Assembly (NCBI GenBank): GCA_965140585.1
Contig: OZ223269.1
Span: 160,001 to 224,000 of the forward strand
Origin: Spirochaetia bacterium
GTDB lineage: Bacteria > Spirochaetota > Spirochaetia > UBA9216
Direction of reading: 5' to 3'
Length of the DNA: 64,000 nucleotides
Every line of letters starts with the position of its first letter. The stretch's first letter is position 1. Positions 8,482 to 18,640 of the stretch are shown piece after piece. The position numbers and the translations under genes were made by a program. The notes below the pieces were generated by a model. It searched no databases, was not told the origin of the DNA, and saw only the letters and a program-made list of their open reading frames with translations.

Positions 8482-8955
8482 ATGTCTGATTCAGATAACA
8501 ACAGACCAAGCCTGAATGCTGTAATAGAAAGCCTCGGGCTTGAACCACTGCCTGTTGAAGGCGGGTACTTCAGAAGTACCTACCTGACACAGAACTCTTC
8601 GGCAATTTATTACCTCATTACACCCGATTCCTGGTCGGCCTTTCACAGGCTCAGCTCGGATGAGGTGTGGCATTTTTATGCAGGAGACCCTGCAAGGCAG
8701 CTGCAGATATTTCCGGATAGAAGTCATAAAATATTCAGAATCGGGCGGAATTTCAGTGAAGGCGAGGTTCCCCAGCTGCTCAGTCCTGCAGGAGTATGGC
8801 AGTCAACACGTCTGGAAGCTGAGGGTAAATGGGCTCTTTTCGGTACGACAATGGCGCCTCCCTATTCGAATGAACAATACGATCACGGTGAACAGAATAC
8901 TCTTTCATCGATGTACCCGGAGCTATCTGATATTATCCGTGAATTTTTGGAATAA
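8482..8955 (+). CDS. Cupin domain protein (DUF985/YML079w-like)
   Basis: LEPLPVEGGYF, AIYYL, FHRLSSDEVWHFYAG, GVWQS, MAPPY. Confidence 0.85.
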   Translation: MSDSDNNRPSLNAVIESLGLEPLPVEGGYFRSTYLTQNSSAIYYLITPDSWSAFHRLSSDEVWHFYAGDPARQLQIFPDRSHKIFRIGRNFSEGEVPQLLSPAGVWQSTRLEAEGKWALFGTTMAPPYSNEQYDHGEQNTLSSMYPELSDIIREFLE

Positions 8956-8981
8956 GCAGCGGTAAAAACTTGGAGTTAACC

Positions 8982-9788
8982 ATGTCGGAAAAAATGCACA
9001 GTCTCAAAGGCAGAATTGCTGTAGTCACAGGAGGTGCGGTTAACATCGGCAGAGCCGTAAGCAGTAAGCTTGCATATTCCGGAGCATCCGTGGCTGTGGT
9101 ATATAATTCGAGTGCACAGTCTGCTGATAAGCTGGTATCCGAACTGAAGGCCGGAGGCTGTACTGCAGAAGCTTTTAAAGCCGATATAAGCAATGAAGTT
9201 CAGGTGGTAAAGCTGTTTGAAAAGATAAGCGATGATCCTGATTTCGGCAGCGTTGATATACTTGTGAATAATTCCGGGGTTCTGAGTGTTTTGCCCCAGG
9301 AAGAATTAAGTGCAGAGGAGTGGGACAGGGTTTTTGCGGTAAATACACGGGGGTTGTTTCTATGCTCACGTGAAGCTGCCAGGCTTATGAAAATCAATAA
9401 CAGAACAAACTCTCCTCAGAGAGGTTCAATTATTAATATTGCGAGTATCAACGCGCTTCATCCCGGATTCGGTAATACTGCTCATTATGATGCCGCAAAG
9501 GGCGCTGTAGCTGCTTACACAGCATCTCTGGCTGCCGAGCTGGGCCCTTTCGGTATCAGGGTTAATGCTGTGGCTCCGGGGCTTGTTGAATCGGAGACTC
9601 TGAGAGCGGGGGCTCCGGAACTCGCAGAAATGGTTGAAGTCCGTAATCCTCTCAAATGTGCTGACGAAAGTTCCCGGCTGGTGACCGGCGAAGATATTGC
9701 CTCAACAGTGCTGTTTCTGGCCTCCGAAGCTTCTGCAAGCATTACAGGAGGCATTATTACAGTTGACCGGGGTTATCTGCTAAGTTGA
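8982..9788 (+). CDS. Short-chain dehydrogenase/reductase (FabG-like)
   Basis: VTGGAVNIG, LVNNSG, catalytic YDAAK, NAVAPG; GGAG RBS before ATG 8982. Confidence 0.9.
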   Translation: MSEKMHSLKGRIAVVTGGAVNIGRAVSSKLAYSGASVAVVYNSSAQSADKLVSELKAGGCTAEAFKADISNEVQVVKLFEKISDDPDFGSVDILVNNSGVLSVLPQEELSAEEWDRVFAVNTRGLFLCSREAARLMKINNRTNSPQRGSIINIASINALHPGFGNTAHYDAAKGAVAAYTASLAAELGPFGIRVNAVAPGLVESETLRAGAPELAEMVEVRNPLKCADESSRLVTGEDIASTVLFLASEASASITGGIITVDRGYLLS

Positions 9789-10831
9789 GCAGTATGTCTT
9801 TTCATATGATCAATCAGGACCAGAGCGGCCATTGACTCAACAACCGGAACGATTCGCGGGGTAAGGCAGGGGTCATGTCTTCCTGTTGTGATAATTTCAG
9901 TCTCCTCGCCGTCAAGTCCGATGGTCTGCTGCGGATGTTCGATTGATGATGTCGGCTTAACTGCAATCCTGAAAATAATATCATTACCTGTTGTAATGCC
10001 GCCGAGTATTCCCCCGGCATTATTGGTTTTAAACCCTTCTTTATCCATCCAGTCGTTATGTTCGCTGCCGAGCATCTTTGCAGCGGCAAAACCCGCCCCG
10101 AACTCGATACCCTTAACACCGCCTAGGGACATCACCGCCTTTGAAAGTTCGGCGTCAATTTTGTCAAAAACAGGCTCTCCCAGTCCGGCGGGAACTCCTG
10201 TAATTACACATTCAACAATACCTCCGGTACTGTCTCCCTTCTCGGCAAGTTCAGTTATCTTCTGGGTCATCTTCCAGGCAGCGGCCGCATCTGCAGCTCT
10301 TACCGGGTTCTCTTCAATAATGGACAGGTCAATGCTTTCGCACCTTATGCCGGCAACCTCAAGTGTGTAGGCTGTAATTTTAATACCATGTTCGGCCAGC
10401 ATTTTCTTTGCTACGGCACCTGCTGCAACGCGGCCTGCGGTCTCCCTCCCCGAGGCGCGCCCGCTCCCCCTGAAGTCGCGGATTCCATATTTCTGCTGGT
10501 ATGTATAGTCGGCATGACCCGGGCGGTAGAAATCCTTGATGTTGGAATAAGCCTCGGGGTTTGCGTCCTTGTTATAGAGAATAACTGTAAGCGGTGTTCC
10601 GGTTGTTTTGCCTTCAAACATTCCGGATACAATGGCCACCGTGTCGCTTTCCTTTCGGGGAGTGGTTACCGCTGACTGTCCGGGCTTCCGGCGATCCATT
10701 TCCTTCTGGATGTCCGCCTCGGTCAGTTCAATACCGGGAGTCACCCCGTCAATTATCACGCCTACGGCAATTCCGTGAGACTCTCCGAAAGTTGTTATTC
10801 TGAAATTCTGACCAAAACTGCTACCTGGCAT
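9773..10831 (-). CDS. aroC: Chorismate synthase
   Basis: FGESHG, RPGHAD, GRASGRETA, NNAGGILGG, GRHDPC; AGGAG spacing favours ATG 10831. Confidence 0.96.
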   Translation of the reverse strand: MPGSSFGQNFRITTFGESHGIAVGVIIDGVTPGIELTEADIQKEMDRRKPGQSAVTTPRKESDTVAIVSGMFEGKTTGTPLTVILYNKDANPEAYSNIKDFYRPGHADYTYQQKYGIRDFRGSGRASGRETAGRVAAGAVAKKMLAEHGIKITAYTLEVAGIRCESIDLSIIEENPVRAADAAAAWKMTQKITELAEKGDSTGGIVECVITGVPAGLGEPVFDKIDAELSKAVMSLGGVKGIEFGAGFAAAKMLGSEHNDWMDKEGFKTNNAGGILGGITTGNDIIFRIAVKPTSSIEHPQQTIGLDGEETEIITTGRHDPCLTPRIVPVVESMAALVLIDHMKRHTAQLSR

Positions 10832-11372
10832 ATCCATGCTCCTTTAAACTCTCAATAATATCATCGGCTATATCTTCCGGATGCCGTTCTTCCGCATTGA
10901 TTCTTATCTGACACAGGCTGTGATAAACAGCCGTTCGCTCATCATACAGTTTGCTGAAATGATCTTCCGGATTCTCCGGATCCAGAAACGCTGGAATACC
11001 GCCTGCGAGTATTCTCTGTAGAAGAACTTCTTTCTTTTCATCTATGCAGATAAAGACAAATTCATCTTTAAATATTTTTACTGCTTCTTCATTTGCGCAT
11101 AATCCGCCGCCGGCAGCGGCTATAAGGACTTGTTTCCTGTTTACAAGAAACTCTGCTGCACCGGCTTCATGTTTCTTGAAGTTTTCCGGAGCCTCTCTGT
11201 ATATCTCACGGAAGGTTTTGCGGTTTCCGGTGTTTTCGAAATAAAGTTCCTCAATGAGATCATCGATATCGAGAAACCTGATTCCTGTCATCCTGGACAG
11301 TGTTTTTCCGATTGTTGTTTTTCCGCTGTGCTTCATTCCTGTAATCAGCAGCGGTTTGAATAGCTTCAGCAT
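10821..11372 (-). CDS. aroK: Shikimate kinase
   Basis: GMKHSGKTT P-loop, LDID, AAGGG; directly upstream of aroC. Confidence 0.88.
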   Translation of the reverse strand: MLKLFKPLLITGMKHSGKTTIGKTLSRMTGIRFLDIDDLIEELYFENTGNRKTFREIYREAPENFKKHEAGAAEFLVNRKQVLIAAAGGGLCANEEAVKIFKDEFVFICIDEKKEVLLQRILAGGIPAFLDPENPEDHFSKLYDERTAVYHSLCQIRINAEERHPEDIADDIIESLKEHGYAR

Positions 11373-11493
11373 CTACCTACAATAAACAAAGCAACCTTAC
11401 CGGTCAAGGCATCCCTGAGCAGAAATTATGTTTGTAATTAACAGCTGAAGCGCCCGCTCCCGGGTGTTGAAAAACCTGTCCAAAAAGTAAATA

Positions 11494-12885
11494 ATGCAGC
11501 TTATGAATGAAGGATTCAGAATAGAAAAAGACTCCATGGGAGAAGTAAGAATAAAATCCGACAGGTGGTGGGGAGCTCAGACTCAACGTGCAGTTGAAAA
11601 TTTTACAGTCTCCGAATACCGTATTCCGGAATCTTATCTTTCGGCTCTTGCGCTTATAAAAAGGGCTGCGGCATCTGTAAACTGCAGTCTTGGACTGGTT
11701 AACGAGGAAGTTAGAGATCTTATTATGAGGGCAGCCTCAAGAATAGAGAAGGGCGAGTTCAGCTCTGAATTTCCTCTTGATGTATTTCAGACCGGCTCGG
11801 GTACCTCCTGGAACATGAATATAAATGAGGTTATAGCTAATATCTCCAATGCAGAGGCCGGTACGGGAATCGGAAGTAAGGCTCCTGTTCATCCCAATGA
11901 TCACGTGAACCGCGGACAGTCGTCGAATGATGTAATTCCTACTGCTATGAATATTGCTGCCCGGCTTGCAGCCTCCAATCTTGAAAAATCACTTATAATA
12001 CTTGCATCCGCTTTGGAAGCAAAGGCTGAGGAGTTTGCAGCAGTTCCGAAACTCGGGAGAACTCATCTTCAGGATGCCGTCCCTATGACTCTCGGGCAGG
12101 AATTTTCAGCCTATGCGGTTCAGGTTCGAAAGGGTTCTGCCAGACTCAGAAATACGTTCAGCAATCTTGAAGAGCTTGCGGTCGGCGGAACGGCGCTGGG
12201 TACTGGTATTAACACCCACCCCGATTTCGGAAAGAATGTTGCAGCCTTTGCAGAAGCAGAAACTGGTGTGCCGTTCAGACAGGCTGAAAACCTGTTTGAA
12301 GCAATAGCCGCCCGTGATTCAATGCTTGAGCTTATGGGTGCTGTAAACAGTATCGGTGTAAGTTTGATGAAAATAGCTCAGGATTTGCGTATTCTTGCAA
12401 GCGGGCCCAGGGGAGCGCTAGGGGAGATTGTTCTTCCGTCATTACAGCCCGGGTCTTCGATAATGCCCGGGAAAGTTAATCCGGTAATTCCCGAGATGGT
12501 AATTCAGGCTGCGGCTCATATAAGCGGCAAATACACATCAGTCACTCTTGCCTGCCAGAATTCACCGCTTGAACTTAATATCATGCAGCCGCTGCTGGTT
12601 CATGAAATACTTTCTTCAATTGATCTTCTTGACCGGGTCAGCGTTAGCTTTGCAGAAAAATGCATCAGCGGAATAGAAGCTGATGAGCAGCGCTGCCGTG
12701 ATTTTATCGAGTGGAGCCTTGCTGTGGTCACTCCGCTTGCTATAGAAATAGGCTACGATAAAGCTGCCGCAATTGCCTACCGCGCGTACAAGGAAAAACG
12801 CAAGGTTAAGGATGTCGCAGCAGAAGAAGGGATTCTAAGTCCCGAAAAGCTTGAGAGTGTGTTCGATATCGATTCGATGATCTGA
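11494..12885 (+). CDS. fumC: Class II fumarate hydratase
   Basis: FQTGSGTSWNMN, HPNDHVN, QSSND, GRTHLQDA, GSSIMPGKVNP. Confidence 0.9.
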   Translation: MQLMNEGFRIEKDSMGEVRIKSDRWWGAQTQRAVENFTVSEYRIPESYLSALALIKRAAASVNCSLGLVNEEVRDLIMRAASRIEKGEFSSEFPLDVFQTGSGTSWNMNINEVIANISNAEAGTGIGSKAPVHPNDHVNRGQSSNDVIPTAMNIAARLAASNLEKSLIILASALEAKAEEFAAVPKLGRTHLQDAVPMTLGQEFSAYAVQVRKGSARLRNTFSNLEELAVGGTALGTGINTHPDFGKNVAAFAEAETGVPFRQAENLFEAIAARDSMLELMGAVNSIGVSLMKIAQDLRILASGPRGALGEIVLPSLQPGSSIMPGKVNPVIPEMVIQAAAHISGKYTSVTLACQNSPLELNIMQPLLVHEILSSIDLLDRVSVSFAEKCISGIEADEQRCRDFIEWSLAVVTPLAIEIGYDKAAAIAYRAYKEKRKVKDVAAEEGILSPEKLESVFDIDSMI

Positions 12886-12889
12886 GGCC

Positions 12890-13993
12890 TTATTCCTTCC
12901 TGTAGGGGTGGGGGTATACAGGACCCACCCTGAGGGCCGGAAGTTCAAGCGGATCTGAGGGTTTGATTTTAATATGATCCGTTTTTCGGGGCGGACAGCA
13001 TGATTTTCGTACTACCAGATCAGTATCCATCATAATCTTTTCTTTAGCCCTTGTAGGATCCTCAATTACCTTAACCAGCAGTTCAACAGCCATGTTTCCG
13101 ATCTCTTCAAGCGGCTGTTTCATGGTTGTAAGCGGAGGTGTAAGAAATTCCGAGTAGGTAATATTATTGTATCCGAAGACTGAAAGATCCTGAGGTATAC
13201 GGAGCCCGGCTTCAAATGCCGCATTCATCAGGCCCAGAGCCATATGGTCATTGGCACAGAATACGGCAGTAGGCTGGTGTTCCAGGCCCATGAAGTATTT
13301 AAAGGCTTTTTTACCGCTCTCCGGCTGCCAGTCTCCATAATAAATAAGCCTTTTATCAACAGGCAGAGTATTCTTCTCAATGGCTTCAAGGTAGCCGCTT
13401 ATTCGATCACGTCCGCAAATCAGAGTAGTGCTTCCGGTTACCATCCCTATTCGCTTATGGCCCAGGCTTATCAGATAGTCAATTGCAGAAAGCGCACCCT
13501 TATGATTGTTGGCGTCAATGTAGTTAATATCAAGCTCGTCATCACGTCCGTATACAACTACAGATGGTACATTATCAGTAACAAGTTTCCTCAATAGCCA
13601 CTGGTCAACTGACGGCGCAAGAACAATAACTCCGTCAACCTTTCTCTCCAGGTAAAGCTGTGAATAATCTGATGCTGTCTTTATGGCACTTGGAAGTTTG
13701 AATACCAGATGGTATCCCATTCTGTCGATATTTCTTTCCAGGCTTGTAATAAGATCAAGAAAATAGGGAGCAACAGTCATAAACTCGGCGTGAGGTATAA
13801 TGATACCTATTCCGTCAGTCTTGTTGTTGTTAAGAGCTCTTGCCGCTGCGTTGGGATAGTAACCAAGCTCTTCAATGGCTTTAAGGACCCTGCGTCGGGT
13901 ATCTTCCTTAACATTGTCCTTACCGTTAATGACTCTTGATACAGTCATGAAGGAGACATTTGCAAGTTTTGCTACATCGGATTGCGAAGGCAT
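12890..13993 (-). CDS. LacI-family transcriptional regulator
   Basis: HTH DVAKLANVSFMTVSRVIN, YYPNAAARAL hinge, PBP-like effector domain. Confidence 0.93.
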   Translation of the reverse strand: MPSQSDVAKLANVSFMTVSRVINGKDNVKEDTRRRVLKAIEELGYYPNAAARALNNNKTDGIGIIIPHAEFMTVAPYFLDLITSLERNIDRMGYHLVFKLPSAIKTASDYSQLYLERKVDGVIVLAPSVDQWLLRKLVTDNVPSVVVYGRDDELDINYIDANNHKGALSAIDYLISLGHKRIGMVTGSTTLICGRDRISGYLEAIEKNTLPVDKRLIYYGDWQPESGKKAFKYFMGLEHQPTAVFCANDHMALGLMNAAFEAGLRIPQDLSVFGYNNITYSEFLTPPLTTMKQPLEEIGNMAVELLVKVIEDPTRAKEKIMMDTDLVVRKSCCPPRKTDHIKIKPSDPLELPALRVGPVYPHPYRKE

Positions 13994-14057
13994 TATGTCT
14001 GATCTACCCTTTTCATTTTATTTTAATTTAATGTATTATACTTGAAAAGGTGGTTAA

Positions 14058-15332
14058 ATGAAAGATAATCTAATCAAGGCCGAAAAAATTTTATCAAAAC
14101 ACGGACTCTCCACAGAGTTTTATGACTTTGATAAATGTACGGATGATTTTCTTGCAGAGATGGAAAAGGGCTTAAGCAGTTCATCCTCCCTTCCCATGAT
14201 TCCGACTTATATAGAATCCTCAGGGGAACTTCCCCTTGATAAAAGTGTGCTTGTCCTTGATGCGGGAGGAACAAATTTCAGAGCCGCCCTGGTTAAATTC
14301 GATTCCGGTAAAAATGCTGTAATAAGTGATTTCAAAAAGAGAAGCATGCCCGGAATAGAGCGAGAGCTTTCAAAGTCTGATTTTTTCGGTGAAATAGCTG
14401 ATTTTATACTGGATCTTGCTCCAAAAGCTGCCAAGATCGGCTTCTGCTTCAGTTATGCCATGGAAAAAACTCCGGAAAGGGATGGAAGACTTCTTAAATT
14501 CAGTAAAGAAATCAAAGCACCTGAAGTTGAAGGCTGCCTTGTGGGCAGAGGCATTCTTGAAGCGTTAGCGGAACGCGGTGTAACAAATATTGAAAAGATT
14601 ATCCTTTTAAATGATACAGTAGCCACAATGCTGGCTGGGAAATCGGCAGCAGGTTCAGAAAACTATAATTCATTTATAGGTCTGATAGTTGGAACCGGAA
14701 TAAATGCCTGTTATCAGGAGAAGAATTCCAACATTTTAAAGGTGCCGGGTTTGCCGCAGGCTGAAAAGCAGATTATTAATATGGAATCAGGCTCATATCA
14801 TGAAGCGCCTTCAACAGATATTGATGCAGCATTCAGAGCTACTACAGTAGACCCGGCCATCTATCACTATGAAAAGATGATCTCCGGTGCCTATCTTGGA
14901 CCTCTATGCAGTTTTACCCTTAAAGCAGCAGCGGCAGAAGGCGTGTTTGAGGCTGAAATTAAAAATATGGACGGAGCCGATTTGAGCAGGTTTATGGACG
15001 GTGATGATTCAGCGGCAATTGAAGCTGGTTCTGCTGATAGTTCAGCGGCTGAAGCTTCAAGATTAGTATGTAATTCGATAATTGAAAGGGCTGCTCTTTT
15101 AACTGCTGTAAAGCTGACCGCAGTTGCTGTGAAATCTGAAAGCGGGCTCAGTCCCGAGCATCCCGTCTGTATATGCCCGGACGGCTCTACTTTCTGGATG
15201 CTCAGCGGTTTCAGGGGAAGGGTAGAGAAATACCTTAAAGCGGAATTTTCAAAACGCGGACTTCATTTTGTGATTAAAAAGGTTGATAATGCCCCGGTAA
15301 TAGGTGCTGCCGTAGCCGGACTTACTAATTAA
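14058..15332 (+). CDS. Hexokinase (eukaryote-type Hexokinase_1/2 family)
   Basis: LPMIPTY, LDAGGTNFR, GFCFSY, FSKE, LNDTVATM, GTGINACY, INMESG, YEKMISGAYLG. Confidence 0.88.
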   Translation: MKDNLIKAEKILSKHGLSTEFYDFDKCTDDFLAEMEKGLSSSSSLPMIPTYIESSGELPLDKSVLVLDAGGTNFRAALVKFDSGKNAVISDFKKRSMPGIERELSKSDFFGEIADFILDLAPKAAKIGFCFSYAMEKTPERDGRLLKFSKEIKAPEVEGCLVGRGILEALAERGVTNIEKIILLNDTVATMLAGKSAAGSENYNSFIGLIVGTGINACYQEKNSNILKVPGLPQAEKQIINMESGSYHEAPSTDIDAAFRATTVDPAIYHYEKMISGAYLGPLCSFTLKAAAAEGVFEAEIKNMDGADLSRFMDGDDSAAIEAGSADSSAAEASRLVCNSIIERAALLTAVKLTAVAVKSESGLSPEHPVCICPDGSTFWMLSGFRGRVEKYLKAEFSKRGLHFVIKKVDNAPVIGAAVAGLTN

Positions 15333-15347
15333 TCCGCTTAGTTCCTG

Positions 15348-17429
15348 TTACGTCCAGTTTTTGGATTCAAGAGGTATGGGTTTTGATATCTCGTAACCCT
15401 GGGCGTAGTCTACCTTCAATTCACTAAGCATGTTGATTATTGTTGAATTGCTTACGAATTCGGCGATTGTTTTCTTTCCCATGATATGGCCCATAGTGTT
15501 AATAGCCTCAACCATCGCTTTGTTTACACTGTCCTCATGCATATTCCGTACAAATACACCGTCAATTTTAAGATAATCGACCGGAAGGTTTTTAAGGTAA
15601 TTAAACGAAGAGAAACCGCTGCCGAAATCATCGAGGGCGAACGAACAGCCTGTCTGCTTTAAATCGTTTATGAACTCATGGGCTGAAGACATGTTGCTGA
15701 TGGTGGCTGTTTCGGTTATTTCGAAACAGAAATGCTTCGGAGAAATTCCTGAATCCCTGAACTGTTCCTTAATAAAACCAAGTATGCTGTCGTCAGTCAT
15801 GGACTGTGCTGAAAGGTTTACAGAAAACTGCTGAATATGTTTCAGCCTTCCATGCTTCATGTTTTCACGGAACAGGCGAATAGATTCGGAAATTACCCAT
15901 CTGTCAATCTGGGCCATCATGTTATAACGTTCCGCAGCAGGAATAAAATCAGCCGGCATTACAATCTGGCCTTCCTCATTTCTCATTCTGATAAGAATTT
16001 CACCCTTGCTGGGGGTATCTGGACTGCTGTTAAGAGGTCTGATTTCCTGGATGTACAGTTCAAATCTGTTCTTATCAAGAGCCCTTGAGAGTTTAGATAC
16101 CCATTCCATTTCTCCACGGCGCTTCTGAAACTGGTTCTCCATCTCGTTATAGATTTTGATCCTGTTTCCGCCTTCTTCCTTGGCTACAAAACAGGCATCG
16201 TCCACTTCCGCGAGCAGTACTGAGACTGATTTTTCCGTACCTTCAAGAAAAGCTATTCCAATGCTTGTGTCATACGGAAAAACCTTTTCTTCCCATTCGA
16301 GTCTAAGAGTGTGAAATTGATTATGAAGCATCGTTGCTTTTGCGACAATGTCATCTCTATCGGAACCGTTAAGGATAAGTCCGAACTGGTCTCCTCCAAG
16401 TCTTGCGCTATGCTCAGAGGTTTCAGAATGTTCTTTTATGATGTTGGCAACATTGACCAGCATGGTATCAGCGGTAGTATGTCCGCAGGTATCATTGATT
16501 ATTTTAAACCTGTCCATGTCAATGAAAAGAAGGGCATTTGCCTCCTGCATTGATTCACTTTCGGTGAGCAATGATTCCAGTTTAAGTGAAAAACTGTCTC
16601 TGTTGGAAAGCCCTGTCAGGTTGTCATGACTTGTGTGATAGGCTATGGCCTCGGAAAGCTTCTTTACTGTAGTCATATCCCTGATCGCAAGTACCAGCCC
16701 TTCAAAATTGCCGGGTTTGTCCATGATTGCTGCAAGGCTGCCTTCCACCTGAAGTTTTTCACCGTGATTGTTTGAAAGATAGCAGTTTTTAAAGGTAAAG
16801 GGTCGTCTGCGGATGATCATCTCGTCACTTTCTGGAAGGTTTACAACAGGACTGTCCGACTGATTCATATCCTCAAGCAGAATGATCTCATTCAGGCTTT
16901 TTCCGATAACATACTTCTCTTCCCATCCGGTAATCTTCTCGGCCACAGGGTTGATAAGTATGATGCTGTTTTCCTTGTCGGTCGCGATGATCCCATCGGC
17001 TATTGAATGAAGAATGGCTGTAGACCATCTCTGCTGCTTTTTAAGTTCCTGATCGACACGGTACTTGTATAGAGCAATATCGATGGTTGTGTAAAGTTCT
17101 TTATCCTTAAAAGGCTTAAGTATATAGCCCGAGGGTTCTGCAATTTTTGCACGCTCTATAATCTCCTGATTGGAAAACGCTGTAAGAAAAATTACAGGAA
17201 TAGCAAACCGGGTTTTTATGATCTTTGCAGTTTCAATACCGTCAATATCTCCAATAATATGAATATCCATCAGGATGATATCAGGAGAATGACGTTCGAC
17301 CATATCTATGGCATGATCAGCTGTTGCGGAAATGGCAACAACGGTATAACCATAACGTTCCAGTCGGCGCTGCAAATCAATAGCAATTATTCTTTCGTCT
17401 TCGACGATGAGTATCTTCTCACCTTTCAT
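15348..17429 (-). CDS. REC-PAS-GGDEF-EAL c-di-GMP signalling protein
   Basis: REC (IVEDE, LMDI, KPF), PAS, GGDQF, EAL domain with EIL, FEITET, LDDFGSG, KIDG, QGY. Confidence 0.9.
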   Translation of the reverse strand: MKGEKILIVEDERIIAIDLQRRLERYGYTVVAISATADHAIDMVERHSPDIILMDIHIIGDIDGIETAKIIKTRFAIPVIFLTAFSNQEIIERAKIAEPSGYILKPFKDKELYTTIDIALYKYRVDQELKKQQRWSTAILHSIADGIIATDKENSIILINPVAEKITGWEEKYVIGKSLNEIILLEDMNQSDSPVVNLPESDEMIIRRRPFTFKNCYLSNNHGEKLQVEGSLAAIMDKPGNFEGLVLAIRDMTTVKKLSEAIAYHTSHDNLTGLSNRDSFSLKLESLLTESESMQEANALLFIDMDRFKIINDTCGHTTADTMLVNVANIIKEHSETSEHSARLGGDQFGLILNGSDRDDIVAKATMLHNQFHTLRLEWEEKVFPYDTSIGIAFLEGTEKSVSVLLAEVDDACFVAKEEGGNRIKIYNEMENQFQKRRGEMEWVSKLSRALDKNRFELYIQEIRPLNSSPDTPSKGEILIRMRNEEGQIVMPADFIPAAERYNMMAQIDRWVISESIRLFRENMKHGRLKHIQQFSVNLSAQSMTDDSILGFIKEQFRDSGISPKHFCFEITETATISNMSSAHEFINDLKQTGCSFALDDFGSGFSSFNYLKNLPVDYLKIDGVFVRNMHEDSVNKAMVEAINTMGHIMGKKTIAEFVSNSTIINMLSELKVDYAQGYEISKPIPLESKNWT

Positions 17430-17497
17430 AAGTTGACCATACCAATAACAATGATATAAACTTTATGTTGAAAATGCAATGATTTTTTGGAATTCTT

Positions 17498-18640
17498 ATG
17501 GCCAGTCTATTTTTTGAAAACCCTATTCCCCAAACCGACCTTACAAAGCGTCTTCATGCCAGAGATCGAGATCTTCGATCGGCATATTTCCGTGATACCA
17601 CGGCAATTATTCACAGTTATCCATTCAGAAGGCTGAAGCACAAAACCCAGGTATTCTTTTCTCCCCATAACGATCATATATGTACCCGAATAGAGCATGT
17701 GATGCATGTAGCCTCGGTTGCTGCAACAATCTGCAGAGCTCTGGATCTTGATGCTGATCTTGCCTGGGCAATCGGTCTTGGGCATGATCTTGGACATACT
17801 CCCTTCGGGCATGTCGGAGAGACCATTCTTTCAGATCTGATGAAGGAGAAAGGCGGATTCAAGCATGAGATATATTCACTGCGGGTTGTAGACCATCTTG
17901 CAGGTTATGGAAAGGGCCTGAACCTTACCTACGCGGTCAGAGACGGCATTTTAAACCACTGCGGTGAAAAATTCGAGCAGTCAATGGTTCCTGATTTTAC
18001 TGTCAAAAATCTGTCAGAGATTAAAACCCGTGAGAATTATCCTGCATCCTGGGAAGGCGTTGTGGTGCGTATGTCGGATAAGATAGCCTATATGGGCCGT
18101 GATCTTGAAGATGCAATGCACCTGAAGATTATTAGCCAGGAAGATATTCCTGAAGATGTTACAAGGGTGCTCGGCAACAGCAACAGCGAGATTATCAACT
18201 CGATGGTAAATGATCTTATTGCTACTTCTCTGGAAACCGGCCGGATCGGCTTTTCTGATGACATTTTCAAGGCAATGCTTGTTCTTGTCGAGTTCAACTA
18301 CCGCAGAATCTATAAGAATCCTCTGCTTTCCACATATCACGGTTACTTTGAAAGGATGCTGAAGGTCCTGTTTGAATATCTGACTGACCTGTTCGAGAAC
18401 GGCGGTGAGAATACAGGGCATTACCGTTCTGAAAATAATTTTCTGGCAGCCCGATTCGGAGATTACTACCGGAAGATGAAAGACTTCTATCAGGAAGTCG
18501 ATGGTAATATGGATATGATTGTCTATGATTATATAGCCGGAATGTCAGATGATTATGCCATCAGCTGTGTGAATGAAATAATGGTGCCCAGGAAGTTTGA
18601 ATATCAGTTCACAGAGTTTCTTCTGCAGGAAGACTATTAG
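17498..18640 (+). CDS. dgt: Deoxyguanosinetriphosphate triphosphohydrolase-like HD protein
   Basis: FRRLKHKTQV, TRIEH, GHDLGHTPFGHVGE, SDKIAY, DYIAGMSD. Confidence 0.88.
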   Translation: MASLFFENPIPQTDLTKRLHARDRDLRSAYFRDTTAIIHSYPFRRLKHKTQVFFSPHNDHICTRIEHVMHVASVAATICRALDLDADLAWAIGLGHDLGHTPFGHVGETILSDLMKEKGGFKHEIYSLRVVDHLAGYGKGLNLTYAVRDGILNHCGEKFEQSMVPDFTVKNLSEIKTRENYPASWEGVVVRMSDKIAYMGRDLEDAMHLKIISQEDIPEDVTRVLGNSNSEIINSMVNDLIATSLETGRIGFSDDIFKAMLVLVEFNYRRIYKNPLLSTYHGYFERMLKVLFEYLTDLFENGGENTGHYRSENNFLAARFGDYYRKMKDFYQEVDGNMDMIVYDYIAGMSDDYAISCVNEIMVPRKFEYQFTEFLLQEDY

